A DNA stretch of 60,513 nucleotides, filler included, from Piptocephalis cylindrospora (Eukaryota), in the NCBI GenBank assembly GCA_003614145.1. It is 5 parts of 5 records of this genome, joined end to end, with 100 filler letters (N's around TTAATTAATTAA, not from the genome) between each part and the next. Parts side by side here need not be neighbours in the genome. Positions count along the whole stretch, not along the records: positions 1 to 12,103 come from KZ987982.1; 4 more parts are not named here. One strand, written 5' to 3'. Of this stretch, positions 1 to 9,908 are shown piece after piece; position 1 is the first letter of the stretch; every line of letters starts with the position of its first letter. A model generated the notes under the pieces. That model was not told where the DNA came from. It made no database searches and worked only from the letters and a program-made list of their open reading frames with translations. The position numbers and the translations under genes are program-made.

Positions 1-55
<55 letters not shown>
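1..55. repeat. (GA)n microsatellite at contig start
   Basis: Perfect GA dinucleotide run. Confidence 0.98.
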
Positions 56-58
<3 letters not shown>

Positions 59-533
59 GAGAGAGTAAGAGAGAGAAAGAGAGAGAAAGGAGTGGAGCGT
101 GGAGCGTGAACGAGGATGATGATTAAAAGCACATCCACCTGTTCCTTCTTATACAACCACCCACACAACGGCCGCCACCCTTGTCTTCCATATCCTTGCC
201 CAGCCTCATCCTCACTTCTGCTTCACCTCTTCCTCGCCCGTGTCTTACCCCTTCTCGCCTTGCAGTGTGTCCTTTTTGGTCTCCCTCGTCCCCCCCCCCT
301 CTCTCTCTTTCTCTCTCTCTCGCCAGATCACTTTCACTCACGGACTTGGTCCCTTTGACTTGTCCTAGCAGCGCCTTTCCAACGAGCCACAATCTAATTG
401 TCTCCCTTGAGTCCCGGGGAACAGCCGGCTACCTCCTCGATCCCTTCTTATCCTGGTCTTTCCCCTCCCTCCTCGCCCCGTGTCCTTAGTGAGCTCAACT
501 TGACAATCCAATCTCGGATCTCTTCATTCGTTT

Positions 534-597
534 CGGCCCCTCTTCTCCATCACGGCCCCTCTTCTCCATCACGGCCCCTCTTCTCCATCACGGCCCT
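534..597. repeat. 19-bp tandem repeat (CGGCCCCTCTTCTCCATCA) x3 plus partial copy, upstream of or in the 5' leader of the velvet gene
   Basis: Three identical consecutive copies visible. Confidence 0.9.
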
Positions 598-1101
598 TCT
601 CCTCAATCTCAATTCTTCTTCTCAGTTTCAATCATTCTCCTCAGTCTCAGCCATCCCTATCCAGCGACCTCTCTTTCTCTTTGGTCCAAAACAATCACGA
701 TTGACCCTTTTTAGCTCTTGGTCGCTGGACGCTCCGAGGCATACGCCACACCGTCTCCCTCATTCTCCCTCTATCTGTCGTTTTCACAAACAGACCCCTT
801 CTCCTAGGCACGTGATCTCTCCTTCAAGGTAAAAGAATGGCGATGCTATTGATAGAGGGCACTAGAGAGGGAAATGAGCAAATGAACCGATTTTAACTTA
901 CTCTTCTCACTCCATCCCTCCACCTTACTTCGCATGACCAAGGCCTCGAATTCTCCTGTATCTTCATCGGCTAACCTTTCCCATTACGCATTTTCTCAAT
1001 TCGCGACTCATCCCTTACCTCTGTGTGTCATTGATCCAAAAGTCGATCTTCTCCATCTCCTTTTCATACTCTAAATCCCTATCCTTTTTCTCAGGTTCCA
1101 C

Positions 1102-2595
1102 ATGACTTCATCTATGTAAGTATACATTCCACAAGGGAGGGGGAGGAAGGGCTCTTATTTTCTTTTGTTTTTCCTTTCCTTTCCTAAATGGGCGGGTTGT
1201 GAGGGTACGAGGAGGGGTGGGGAAAGGAAGAAGGGAAGGAACAGAGGGGTGGGAGGGAAGGAATAGGAGGGCGAGATGATGGAGACCATGGTGGGTGTGG
1301 GTGAATATGAGTGTCGGACCAACCAGGGGTGACCTTAAGTACCATAAACGCATCCGTGTTGATGGTTTACTAGTCTTTGGTGTGGATGGTCCCCCCTCTC
1401 CCCTTCCTCTAGGGGACTGAAGTTGATCATCCGCAGTGCTTGACGCCATTCATTCATGCTCCGCTCCCTTTTCCTCCCGAACGTGTGGGTAGGGTTTTTA
1501 TCAAGCACTAACAGCTATTTCCCCCCTTCCTATCATGCCCCGTGAAAACCCTCTCTCTATTCCCATCTTATTGCATCCCCGACCCTTCTAAAAACCAATC
1601 CACCAATGACCTCTGACCATCTCCTATTCCATCCCCGACCATCTCCCATCCCCGACCATCCCCCATGCACCATAGGAACTTTGAATTGAGTGTCCGACAA
1701 CAGCCCAGACAGGCTCGGATGTGCGGGTTCGGTGAGAGAGATCGCCGACCCATTGACCCTCCTCCCATCATTGAACTTCGAGCTCATTCCACCGATACTT
1801 CCCCTTCTCCTCCTCCTTCCTTTCCTCATCCCCACGTGCTGTAAGTTTCACCGACATGAGGGGAGATGGACGCTGGCCTCACCCTCACCCTCACCCTCCA
1901 CCCAGATGCACTCCACCCCTTCAGGGCCTCAATCTAATGCTCCATGCCCAGCTCGTCTCGGCCTCCAAACCCAATCTTCCCCTAGACCTCCTGGCCCCCG
2001 TGGCGGGAGATGGAGCTGATGAGTTGGTCACCGTCCTCATGGGATCACAAGTGGCATCACCTATCTACTGCAAGGACACGAGTATGCAAGACGGGTGTTT
2101 CTTCATCTTTCCCGATCTCAGTGTCCGCACCGAGGGGAGGTATCGGCTACGTTTTGTCCTGGCCCAATTGTGTGTGTGAGTGTTACTTTTTTCCTCTTTT
2201 TTTTTCCTTCTGAAATCCTGTTCACGTTGCCGGAATGACGGTGTCTTGCCGGACGGGACCCTATTTCTTGCCTCTTTTGGAAAGTCGGTTTCCAACTCAT
2301 TCTCCCGTCCTCTTCCTTGGCCATTTAGGAATAATAGTCCAGATGGGTCTCCTACAAGCATGTCCCATATCATTCAAGCCGAATGCCTCTCCGATCCCTT
2401 TACCGTGTATGCAGCAAAAAAGTTTCCTGGAATGACGGGTAAGACGGATATCAGGGGAACCTACTGCCCAGTGCCTCATCCCCCATTCCCCACACAGACT
2501 CTACAGAGCTCACAAAATGTTTTGCCAGGCAAGGGGTCAAGGTGATGGTACGAAAGGCTCGTACTTCAGAATCGACTAAAGAAGCAGCTTCATGA
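1102..2595 (+). CDS. Velvet-domain transcription regulator (VelB/VosA-like), ~218 aa; exons 1102-1115, 1676-1840, 1906-2175, 2329-2438, 2498-2595
   Basis: Spliced translation gives velvet motifs FELSVRQQPRQARMCGFGERDRRPIDPPPIIEL, FFIFPDLSVRTEGRYRLRF and FTVYAAKKFPGMTDSTELTKCFARQGVKV. All introns are GT-AG and phase-consistent (657 nt total). The first micro-exon is the least certain part. Confidence 0.93.
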
Positions 2596-3466
2596 CCCGC
2601 TAGAAGGGGTGAAGAATGCAAATGAGAAGGGAGGGGGGGGGAGAGGTTTGAACATTTCTTTCTGCATCCATATCCTTTGACCTTGCCGTCACCTCCCTCC
2701 CTCTTTTCAGTATGGATCTATGTTGTGGAGCGGTTGGGGATTGTTAGTTCAGGACAAAGGAGATTATCATTATATAGGTTGCTTACTCATTTGTGTCTAG
2801 GAGAAGAGGAGACACAGCCCTTGAGGTTTGCGGATGTGGGATTCCCTGTCCCTCTCGGGCTCTTTTGATCATGGAGAGCGGGTAATGTCTTTCCTATCCA
2901 GTGGCTTGCTCTGTCCTCATCGAATGGCCGTTCGTGTTTGTTGGATCGACTGGCCCTCATGGACTAAGATTCCTCAAAGGATGAGTTCGGAATGAAGACC
3001 GAAAGTGAACTATCGCAATACGACACGCTTTCAGGTCGCTTTCCATGTGCACGGCATGTACACTGGTATGGATCGTTCTAACGCTTACTTTTCTTCCTAT
3101 CGGACGGCTTTAGCCTCTACGTTGCACTCTGCACACGGGAGTCGTATGAGTCTGCCTCACTCGTCATACTACTATCAACTTTATTGTGAATACCACGATG
3201 ATTATCCAAACACGCTCTAAAATTGGAAGAGGATTCAATATCCCCTCTATCACATACGTTTACGGGCTGCTGCAACCACCACCCGATAAGATGCTGTGTT
3301 TGGCATTGTGCATCATCCTTACGTGATGTCCGTCTATGTGTCTGTGGCTAGAGGGAGGAGGGAGGGCAGCAGCCATGACCCGAAGAGATGTGATCTGTTT
3401 GTCGATGTGGTCGGTACTCGATTCTTATCGATGTTGCTGTTGTTGTGGTTTAGCATTGGAAAAAGT

Positions 3467-3474
3467 ATAAAAGG
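3467..3474 (+). promoter_or_regulatory. Putative TATA box of CYSTM gene 1
   Basis: TATAAAAG ~180 nt upstream of ATG, followed by a pyrimidine-rich leader; TATAAA also precedes the two paralogues (~4626, ~6193). Confidence 0.5.
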
Positions 3475-3649
3475 GAGAGAGGACGAGGAGAGAGAGGAAG
3501 AGAGAGAGGTATCTCCCTTCAAACTCATCTCTTTCACTCTCACAGCAAAGCCTACTCCTTCTCCCCTCCCGCCCTTTTTGCACTTCTTGTCACATATCCA
3601 TTCGTCATTTCACATCTCCTTTCCCTTCCGATCTTCCCCGCCGCCCAGC

Positions 3650-3874
3650 ATGAGTAAAGACCGCGGATACGCATATCCCCCCCAGGGAAACCAAGGATAC
3701 TACGGCGGAGGCGGGGGTGGGTACAATCCCCAGCCTCAGATGGCCTATGGGTACCCTCCACCCCCTCCACCCCAACGACAAAGCGGTGGAGGAGGATGCT
3801 GTAAGGGACTGTGCGCAGGTCTGTTGTGCTGTTGTTGCCTCGAGGAGTGCTGCTGTTGCCTAGACTTTTGTTGA
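3650..3874 (+). CDS. CYSTM-type cysteine-rich membrane peptide 1 (74 aa, intronless)
   Basis: P/G/Y/Q-rich N-terminus followed by GCCKGLCAGLLCCCCLEECCCCLDFC-stop, typical CYSTM architecture. Confidence 0.88.
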   Translation: MSKDRGYAYPPQGNQGYYGGGGGGYNPQPQMAYGYPPPPPPQRQSGGGGCCKGLCAGLLCCCCLEECCCCLDFC

Positions 3875-4250
3875 TCACTCATTTATAATGGGACGTCAGC
3901 GGTGTCATCCACATGTCCTGTGGAGGGTTGGATGGCGATGATGATGCGCCGCGACCCTGTTCTGAATAAGACAGTCATCGCATACCCCCCAAAATAAACA
4001 TATCCCTATTCGGTCTGAGTATTATTGTGATCTCTAACGTATATGCATCCTCTCTTTCCCTCCTACCCTCGTTTCTCCGAGAGCCAATGCCATCCGGGGT
4101 TGCTTGGATGTGTGGGAAGGGTCAAACCCCCTCTCTCCCTTTCTTGCTCTCTCTCTGATGACGGCCCACTGACTTGATAGAATGGGAGAGAACCCTGGAG
4201 ACTGTGACGACGGTCACAATTGCACTCCTACAAAGCATCATTCGATATAC

Positions 4251-4321
4251 CCACACACATACATACACATATACACACACACAACACACAGGCACAGACA
4301 CACACACAACACACAGGCACA

Positions 4322-4353
<32 letters not shown>
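4251..4353. repeat. Imperfect (CA)n microsatellite
   Basis: CA-rich tandem run. Confidence 0.9.
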
Positions 4354-4355
<2 letters not shown>

Positions 4356-4756
4356 CAGACCCTTTCACTGATGATGGCGTTTGCACAAGGGCTCTACCCT
4401 ATGGATGGCCAGGAAGGTCCGGTTGGACAACCGCGCGCGGGGTTTGAGTGCCAAGATTTCACGGGTACCACCCTATTAGAGGGAGAGGGAAAGGAGGGGG
4501 AGGGGATAGAGAGGGCTGTTTAACCGCTCTGTACACCGTAAATTGGTGTGTGATGAGCTCTATCCTCCATAGACGAGGAATTTGAGTGCTTGACCTCCTC
4601 TCTCCCCTTGGTTCTGAACAAGAGATATAAATTCCCTAGGTAAGCCAGAGCATGGACACTCATTCCAAATTCCATCCCTCTCATTCATTCTCTCTCTCCT
4701 CTTCCTTCTTCCTTTGCACCCCTCATCTTCTTGGTCTCTCTCCTTCACACTTTACC

Positions 4757-5029
4757 ATGGACTCTCCCACTTACACCCAGCAAAGCATGTCTCTAGCTCC
4801 CCAAACTGCCTCCGATGCCCCTGCTATGAACCAGATTAACGAGGCCGACTCCACCCTTCGTCTCCGTGGAGGTGGTAACTGCATCCGCGATTGGTAAGAA
4901 ATATCCCATGTACTCTCCTCTTTCAGCCCCCATGACTCACCCTTCTTCCCCTCCAGTTGCATCTGCATCTGCTGCTGCTGTGCCATCGAGGAAATCCTCT
5001 GTTTCGAAGCATGCGAGGACTGCTGCTAG
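4757..5029 (+). CDS. CYSTM-like cysteine-rich peptide 2 with internal ubiquitin-tail motif LRLRGG (69 aa; exons 4757-4893, 4957-5029)
   Basis: MDSPTYTQQSMSLAPQTASDAPAMNQINEADSTLRLRGGGNCIRDCCICICCCCAIEEILCFEACEDCC; GTAAG..CAG intron splits a Cys codon (TG|T). Confidence 0.85.
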
Positions 5030-5229
5030 ATGCTTTTGACTTCTTGACTGATCCCCAATAGGACCGGCTTTTACCCTTTTCTTTTCTTCCCTTCATCATT
5101 GCCGCTACCACCGCTTGGCCCGTTCACCCTACCCTTCCCTCTCTTCAATACATGATTGTATTCCTCCCTCCGTGATTCCTGTTGAATTGCACACTTGACC
5201 CTTGATGTGGGCGAGCAGAGTGGCATTTA

Positions 5230-5265
<36 letters not shown>

Positions 5266-6399
5266 ACTTAGCCCTCTCTGAGCCTTTCTTGGCCTCTCTA
5301 ACCAAGCCTCTCGACCTCCTCTGAGAAGCTCGGCTTCTCGGAGCATCTCAAACTGCCAAGCCTCGAGTATCACCACTCTGTTGGTGTGACTCAATTTGTC
5401 CCGGGCTCACACCTTCCTACTCCACGCATGTTGTTACCTTCCGCTTGGAAAGCAACCAATGCTTCTATTCTTATACAGGACCGTGCATGCACATACACAC
5501 ATCTTGCTTCCCGAGTGTGTCAAATCGGATCATCTTTCACATGTTTTTCCCCTCAAAACTTACTGAATAACTTCTCTCTGAACAAGCCCAAGTCACCCTC
5601 CCACAAAGGGATGGGCCACATCTCAGGTCTATTTTTAGCATCGTTGCACACGCTCGTAGTCTTGGCGCACATGTCTCCCTCTTTTCTTCAGGGGACACAG
5701 GGTCTTTCCCTTACTGACGCTCTGGTGGTGAGTGAGACTGAATGTGTGGCTACCATATGGTCTCCCTCCTCAATCACACAAGTCCCTCCATCTGCACCTT
5801 AATTGCCCTTCCCCCCTCCCCTCTTTGTATCTTCCTCTCTCTGTGGAAGTCCTTCATGGAGCTCGCCCATCCCTTGCCTTTCCTCGTCTATTGGCCCGAA
5901 CCCGCTCCCCCCATCCCCATCACTACTGTCAAAGGGAAGGGCTCTCTCCCCCCTTCCCCCTCACCTGTCTGCATCGTCCTGTTTCCCTTGGGTCATCGAG
6001 CATCAGCCATTGAATATGGGGGAGAGGGGCCAACACTCCCCCTGAGAGACAACACTATCCCTCCCTGCCAGACCTACCCTAAAGTAGCATCAGGGATCGT
6101 CCCCCCGCTGTTCCTGCATAACCCATAGGTTCAGTAGATGTGTGTGTGTGTGTGTGTGGTGAGCCCCAACTCCTTAATCATCATCATCATCTTATAAATT
6201 AGCTGGATTGAAAGGATCCTTCTCTGCTGCCAAGGAGGCCTTCATCTTTCTTCCCTCTTTCCCGCCTTTTCTGATCTCTGACTTTTCCCTCTCCCCCTCC
6301 CCCTCCCCCTCCTTCTCTCCAGTCCTTTACTCCTTCCTAACTCTCCCTCTACTTCCTCCTCCCCTCTCTCCCTCTACCTCCTCCCTCTCTCTCCCCATC

Positions 6400-6800
6400 A
6401 TGAGCTATCCTCAAAACCCGACTGATCAAGGCAAGCCTGCAGAGAACGCCAGCTACCAGCAATACGCCCAGGGAAGTAGCCCTGCTGCCGGTGCCTCCTC
6501 TGACCGTGGTATGTTTGGTAACCAGGGTGGCTATCCTCAACAAGGTGGTTACTACCCTCCCCAGGGCCAAGGCTACGGTCAACCTCAGTATGGTCAGCAA
6601 CCCCCCATGGTCTACTACCAGCAGGCTCCTCAGCAGCAGCATAGTAGCAGCGATGGTTGTCTGAAGGGCTGGTAAGTCGACTATTCTAATCCTCTCTCTC
6701 TCCACTTCCTATCCCCACTCACTCTTCCTCTTCCTCCCTCTCTCCATTCCATAGTTGCGCCGCCATGCTCTGCTGCTGTTGTCTGGACTTTCTCTGCTAA
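6400..6800 (+). CDS. CYSTM-type cysteine-rich membrane peptide 3 (105 aa; exons 6400-6671, 6755-6800)
   Basis: GYPQQ-rich N-terminus then DGCLKGCCAAMLCCCCLDFLC-stop; GTAAGT..TAG intron in a Cys codon (TG|T). Confidence 0.9.
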
Positions 6801-7228
6801 GGCAGCAAATTTCTTCCATCTCTTGATCCTTTTACCTCTATTCTGGTCCCTCTTACAACGGCCCTTTCAAAATGATCTTGCTGAGGCTCTGTCCTTACTC
6901 TCTCCTCCCATCATCCCTACCCCATTCGGTCTATATATCTATCCATAGTTAGAGGGGAGTGTCTTGTCCTTTCTTCTCCCATCCCTCCCGCTTGGCCTTC
7001 CCCCCCCCCCCCCCCCCGTCTTCTATACAAAAAGCCAATATGATTTTGTTTTTCCTTTTTTTCTCCTTTCCCTCATACCCTACATCCCATCAACTTTCCC
7101 AGTGTATATGACATGCATCCTATTTCTTACTCATGCTTCAAGTGTACACACCATGGACCCCATTCATCTTTCATCTTAGTATTCCCTTTTCATGTACATG
7201 CTCTTATCAACAGTTTACCTTCTCTTCA

Positions 7229-9319
7229 CTACTTCTCCACAAGCCATGCTGGTTTCCTCTCCAACCGCTCCATCGCCTCCATCACCCAGCCCTGCTCCAC
7301 CCATCCTATCCCCTCATCCCCATCCCGTCTGCCTCCTCCGCCCCGTCCCAGAGCACGGCCCACCAGAACCAGATCTGACCATCGTTCCAAGGTCCATAGG
7401 ATCTGCAGGAGAACACTGCCCTGCTCTCGGTCCCACCTCACCCCTGTCTCCTGAGCCTCCCTCCACAGGCGCATACACCCTTGCACCATCCACTCCTTCC
7501 TTTCTCTCTTCATCCTCGATCCTGTTTCTAGCACCTCATTCAAGCACGCAATCAACACAAGTCTCGACCCTTTGACATCCCTTGCTTCCATCCACTTCCT
7601 TGCCCGCCCCTCCCTCCACTCCTCCAACGCCCCTATCCCATCTCCCCTTTCCGTCCAAAGCCGTAGTCTGTTCATCAGCTTCTCCTGAGGAATCTGTGTC
7701 TCTCGATTCCCTCCCCTCACGGACACCCTCTTCTCCTCCTCCACCTCCCCCTTCCTCATCGATGTCTCATAGCCCTCCCACAGTGCCCGAATCTTCCGCC
7801 ATTCCCGCCCCCTTTGTTCTTCCGACCATGACACCAGTGTTTGCGCCCGTCGCCAAGCCCATTCACTCACTCCTCCTTCCCGAGCCTCATTCGTGTGTGT
7901 TCGAAGGAGTAGTCGAAGAACAGGCACCACCAAACTACTCTTCACTCTCCATCCCATCCGCTCCATCCTCCGTAATGCCACCCACGCCCCCCGAGTATCC
8001 TGAAGTGAGACAAACGCCTGGATGCATCGTGCATGGAAACTTGCGTTCTGTCTCGGATCCTCCCTCAGTACCGTCCGGTAGTACTCCCGTAAATCCCTAG
8101 GGCTACCATCCTTTCTCGACTCAATCCGGATCAGCTGAACTAGCGCTTCCCTGGTCTTGGCATCTGCTTGGTACTGCAGTGGGGGGAGGGGGTAAATACC
8201 AACTCTCTTCCTCCTTCCCTTATCTCTTTTTCCTTTCCAACTCACCTCACGTTCTTGCATCCACGTATACAGAGAGCGAGCCATCTCGTGTCTGTCCCGT
8301 AGGACAAGCCCAAGGAGAACTCCGTTGAGTGGTTCCGTATCATGACCCAAGGTATCCTCGTTTCCCGTAAAAGAGGACATCGTGGAGCAAAGGGAATGAC
8401 ACAGCTTCTCAGCCTCCTTCACCTGTCCCTCGCGAAGGTATCCAAGGATAAAGTACGAGTAAATGTATGCATCTGGCTGGATGCCCTGTTGGATCATTCG
8501 TCGTTTCTGTGCCCGCGCCACAGACATCTCCCCTTGCCCCGTCAGTCCATACAGTAGTGCTTGCCATCCAACACGTGTCCACCGGATTCCATTGTCCCGT
8601 AGCTCCTGGAGGATGCTTTCGGCTTCCTGAAACCGTCCTGACCGTGACAAGAGCATCGCCCAAGCCTCCGTTTCCTCCAGGGATAGGCCCAGCGCCTGTC
8701 GTTGATCCTGGTATGTCTGGGACACTCGGGCATCCGTCGACCGATCTGGATCTCGGAGCAGCGATCGTCGGATCAGCCCGTACACCGTTGCTGACAGGAG
8801 GTATGAGCCTAGATGAAGCTCCGTCACCTGTCGATACGCATGGTACAGATGCGTCGGGGATGTGGTTTGCCCAATCTCATGGCTAAGGTGTTCCATCCGA
8901 CGAAGCTGTCTCCGTAGATCCAGGTCCCCAAGTACTCCTTGTTCCTTTGAAACCATTGCGTCTTCATTCTGTTGACCCGCTTCCAGTGAAAGGCCATCCT
9001 GCCCCAAGGAGGGCTCATCAGGGAGGAGCTTGGTTCGGAGGGACGCCACCGTATCCGCAATCTGTCCTAGGACCTGTTCCACCACCCCCTCCCCAGGCTC
9101 ATCCCAAGGCTGAGGCGTCGACGTCAGCACTGGAGCATTCAGGTCATCCGTCGCCTGGTCCTCTGTCAAGTCCACCACCGTAGGACATGCTACCTGAAAT
9201 GGATCTCTACGTCGTCTTCCCGTCCCCACCATATCCCCTTTGGGCAGAAACAAATTCTGCGCGTGTCGACAAGGTCGGCGTTTGATGTGGAAGAAGAAGG
9301 ATGAAGCCGATCGCGGCAT
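7229..9319 (-). CDS. Pentatricopeptide repeat (PPR) protein, probably mitochondrial
   Basis: 696-aa ORF; tandem ~35-aa helical repeats, e.g. WQALLYGLTGQGEMSVARAQKRRMIQQGIQPDAYIYSYFILGYLREGQVKEAEKL; Arg-rich N-terminus. Confidence 0.85.
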   Translation of the reverse strand: MPRSASSFFFHIKRRPCRHAQNLFLPKGDMVGTGRRRRDPFQVACPTVVDLTEDQATDDLNAPVLTSTPQPWDEPGEGVVEQVLGQIADTVASLRTKLLPDEPSLGQDGLSLEAGQQNEDAMVSKEQGVLGDLDLRRQLRRMEHLSHEIGQTTSPTHLYHAYRQVTELHLGSYLLSATVYGLIRRSLLRDPDRSTDARVSQTYQDQRQALGLSLEETEAWAMLLSRSGRFQEAESILQELRDNGIRWTRVGWQALLYGLTGQGEMSVARAQKRRMIQQGIQPDAYIYSYFILGYLREGQVKEAEKLCHSLCSTMSSFTGNEDTLGHDTEPLNGVLLGLVLRDRHEMARSLYTWMQEREVSWKGKRDKGRRKRVGIYPLPPLQYQADAKTREALVQLIRIESRKDGSPRDLREYYRTVLREDPRQNASFHARCIQAFVSLQDTRGAWVALRRMERMGWRVKSSLVVPVLRLLLRTHTNEAREGGVSEWAWRRAQTLVSWSEEQRGREWRKIRALWEGYETSMRKGEVEEEKRVSVRGGNRETQIPQEKLMNRLRLWTERGDGIGALEEWREGRARKWMEARDVKGSRLVLIACLNEVLETGSRMKRERKEWMVQGCMRLWREAQETGVRWDREQGSVLLQILWTLERWSDLVLVGRALGRGGGGRRDGDEGIGWVEQGWVMEAMERLERKPAWLVEK

Positions 9320-9488
9320 CTTTAGGGAAGGGAAATGAGGGCGGAAGAAGGGAATATCAGAACCAGCTTAGCTCTAATACTCTAATACTCTACATGTCCG
9401 CATATCAAGAAAAAAAAGCACCCAAACCAAGTATCTCAGCCTCATTTTAAGCGTATAATAAACAAATACTATTTCTCGAAAAAATATC

Positions 9489-9559
9489 GCCGTTGTAGTA
9501 TAGTGGCAGTACATCGCGTTGTGGCCGCGCTGACCCTGGTTCGATTCCAGGCAACGGCA
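9489..9559 (+). tRNA. tRNA-His (GTG)
   Basis: Acceptor stem GCCGTTG/CAACGGC, D-arm GTAGTATAGTGG, anticodon loop TTGTGGC, GGTTCGATTCC T-loop, T-rich tract downstream. Confidence 0.95.
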
Positions 9560-9908
9560 ATCATTATTGATTTTCTTTTAATTAAGCAAGCTTATCACTG
9601 TGATCGTGTCCTGGTTCCTTTTGTCCTCATTAACTTGCCGCTTGAATATTCTTCTATATTTGCCTGCCTTTACACCAGCCATATCTCCCACCATCCTCCT
9701 AAGATTTGCTCTTGCGTGTGAGAGATCTACTTGCCCTTTATCCTCTACCTCCCATGACCGCCTCTCACCTTTCCCTCCCCGTCTCTTCTCCGCCACATTG
9801 ATCTGTCTCGGCCTCGAGACACGCACAGACTCCCTCTCCTTCCTCTTCCTCACTTTCTCCCTGTTTTCTCCTTTGGGCTCACACTTTCTATCCATCCTTT
9901 TACCCTTG

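Noticed and set aside
4122..4523. ORFs encoding CVCV/HTHT repeats (also near 36488 and 53186)
   Set aside because: Translations of (CA/GT)n microsatellites.
7582..9183. Antisense ORFs overlapping the PPR gene (likewise over THO2, SPO71-like and the glycosyltransferase)
   Set aside because: Shadow ORFs of GC-rich coding strands with low-complexity translations and no motifs.
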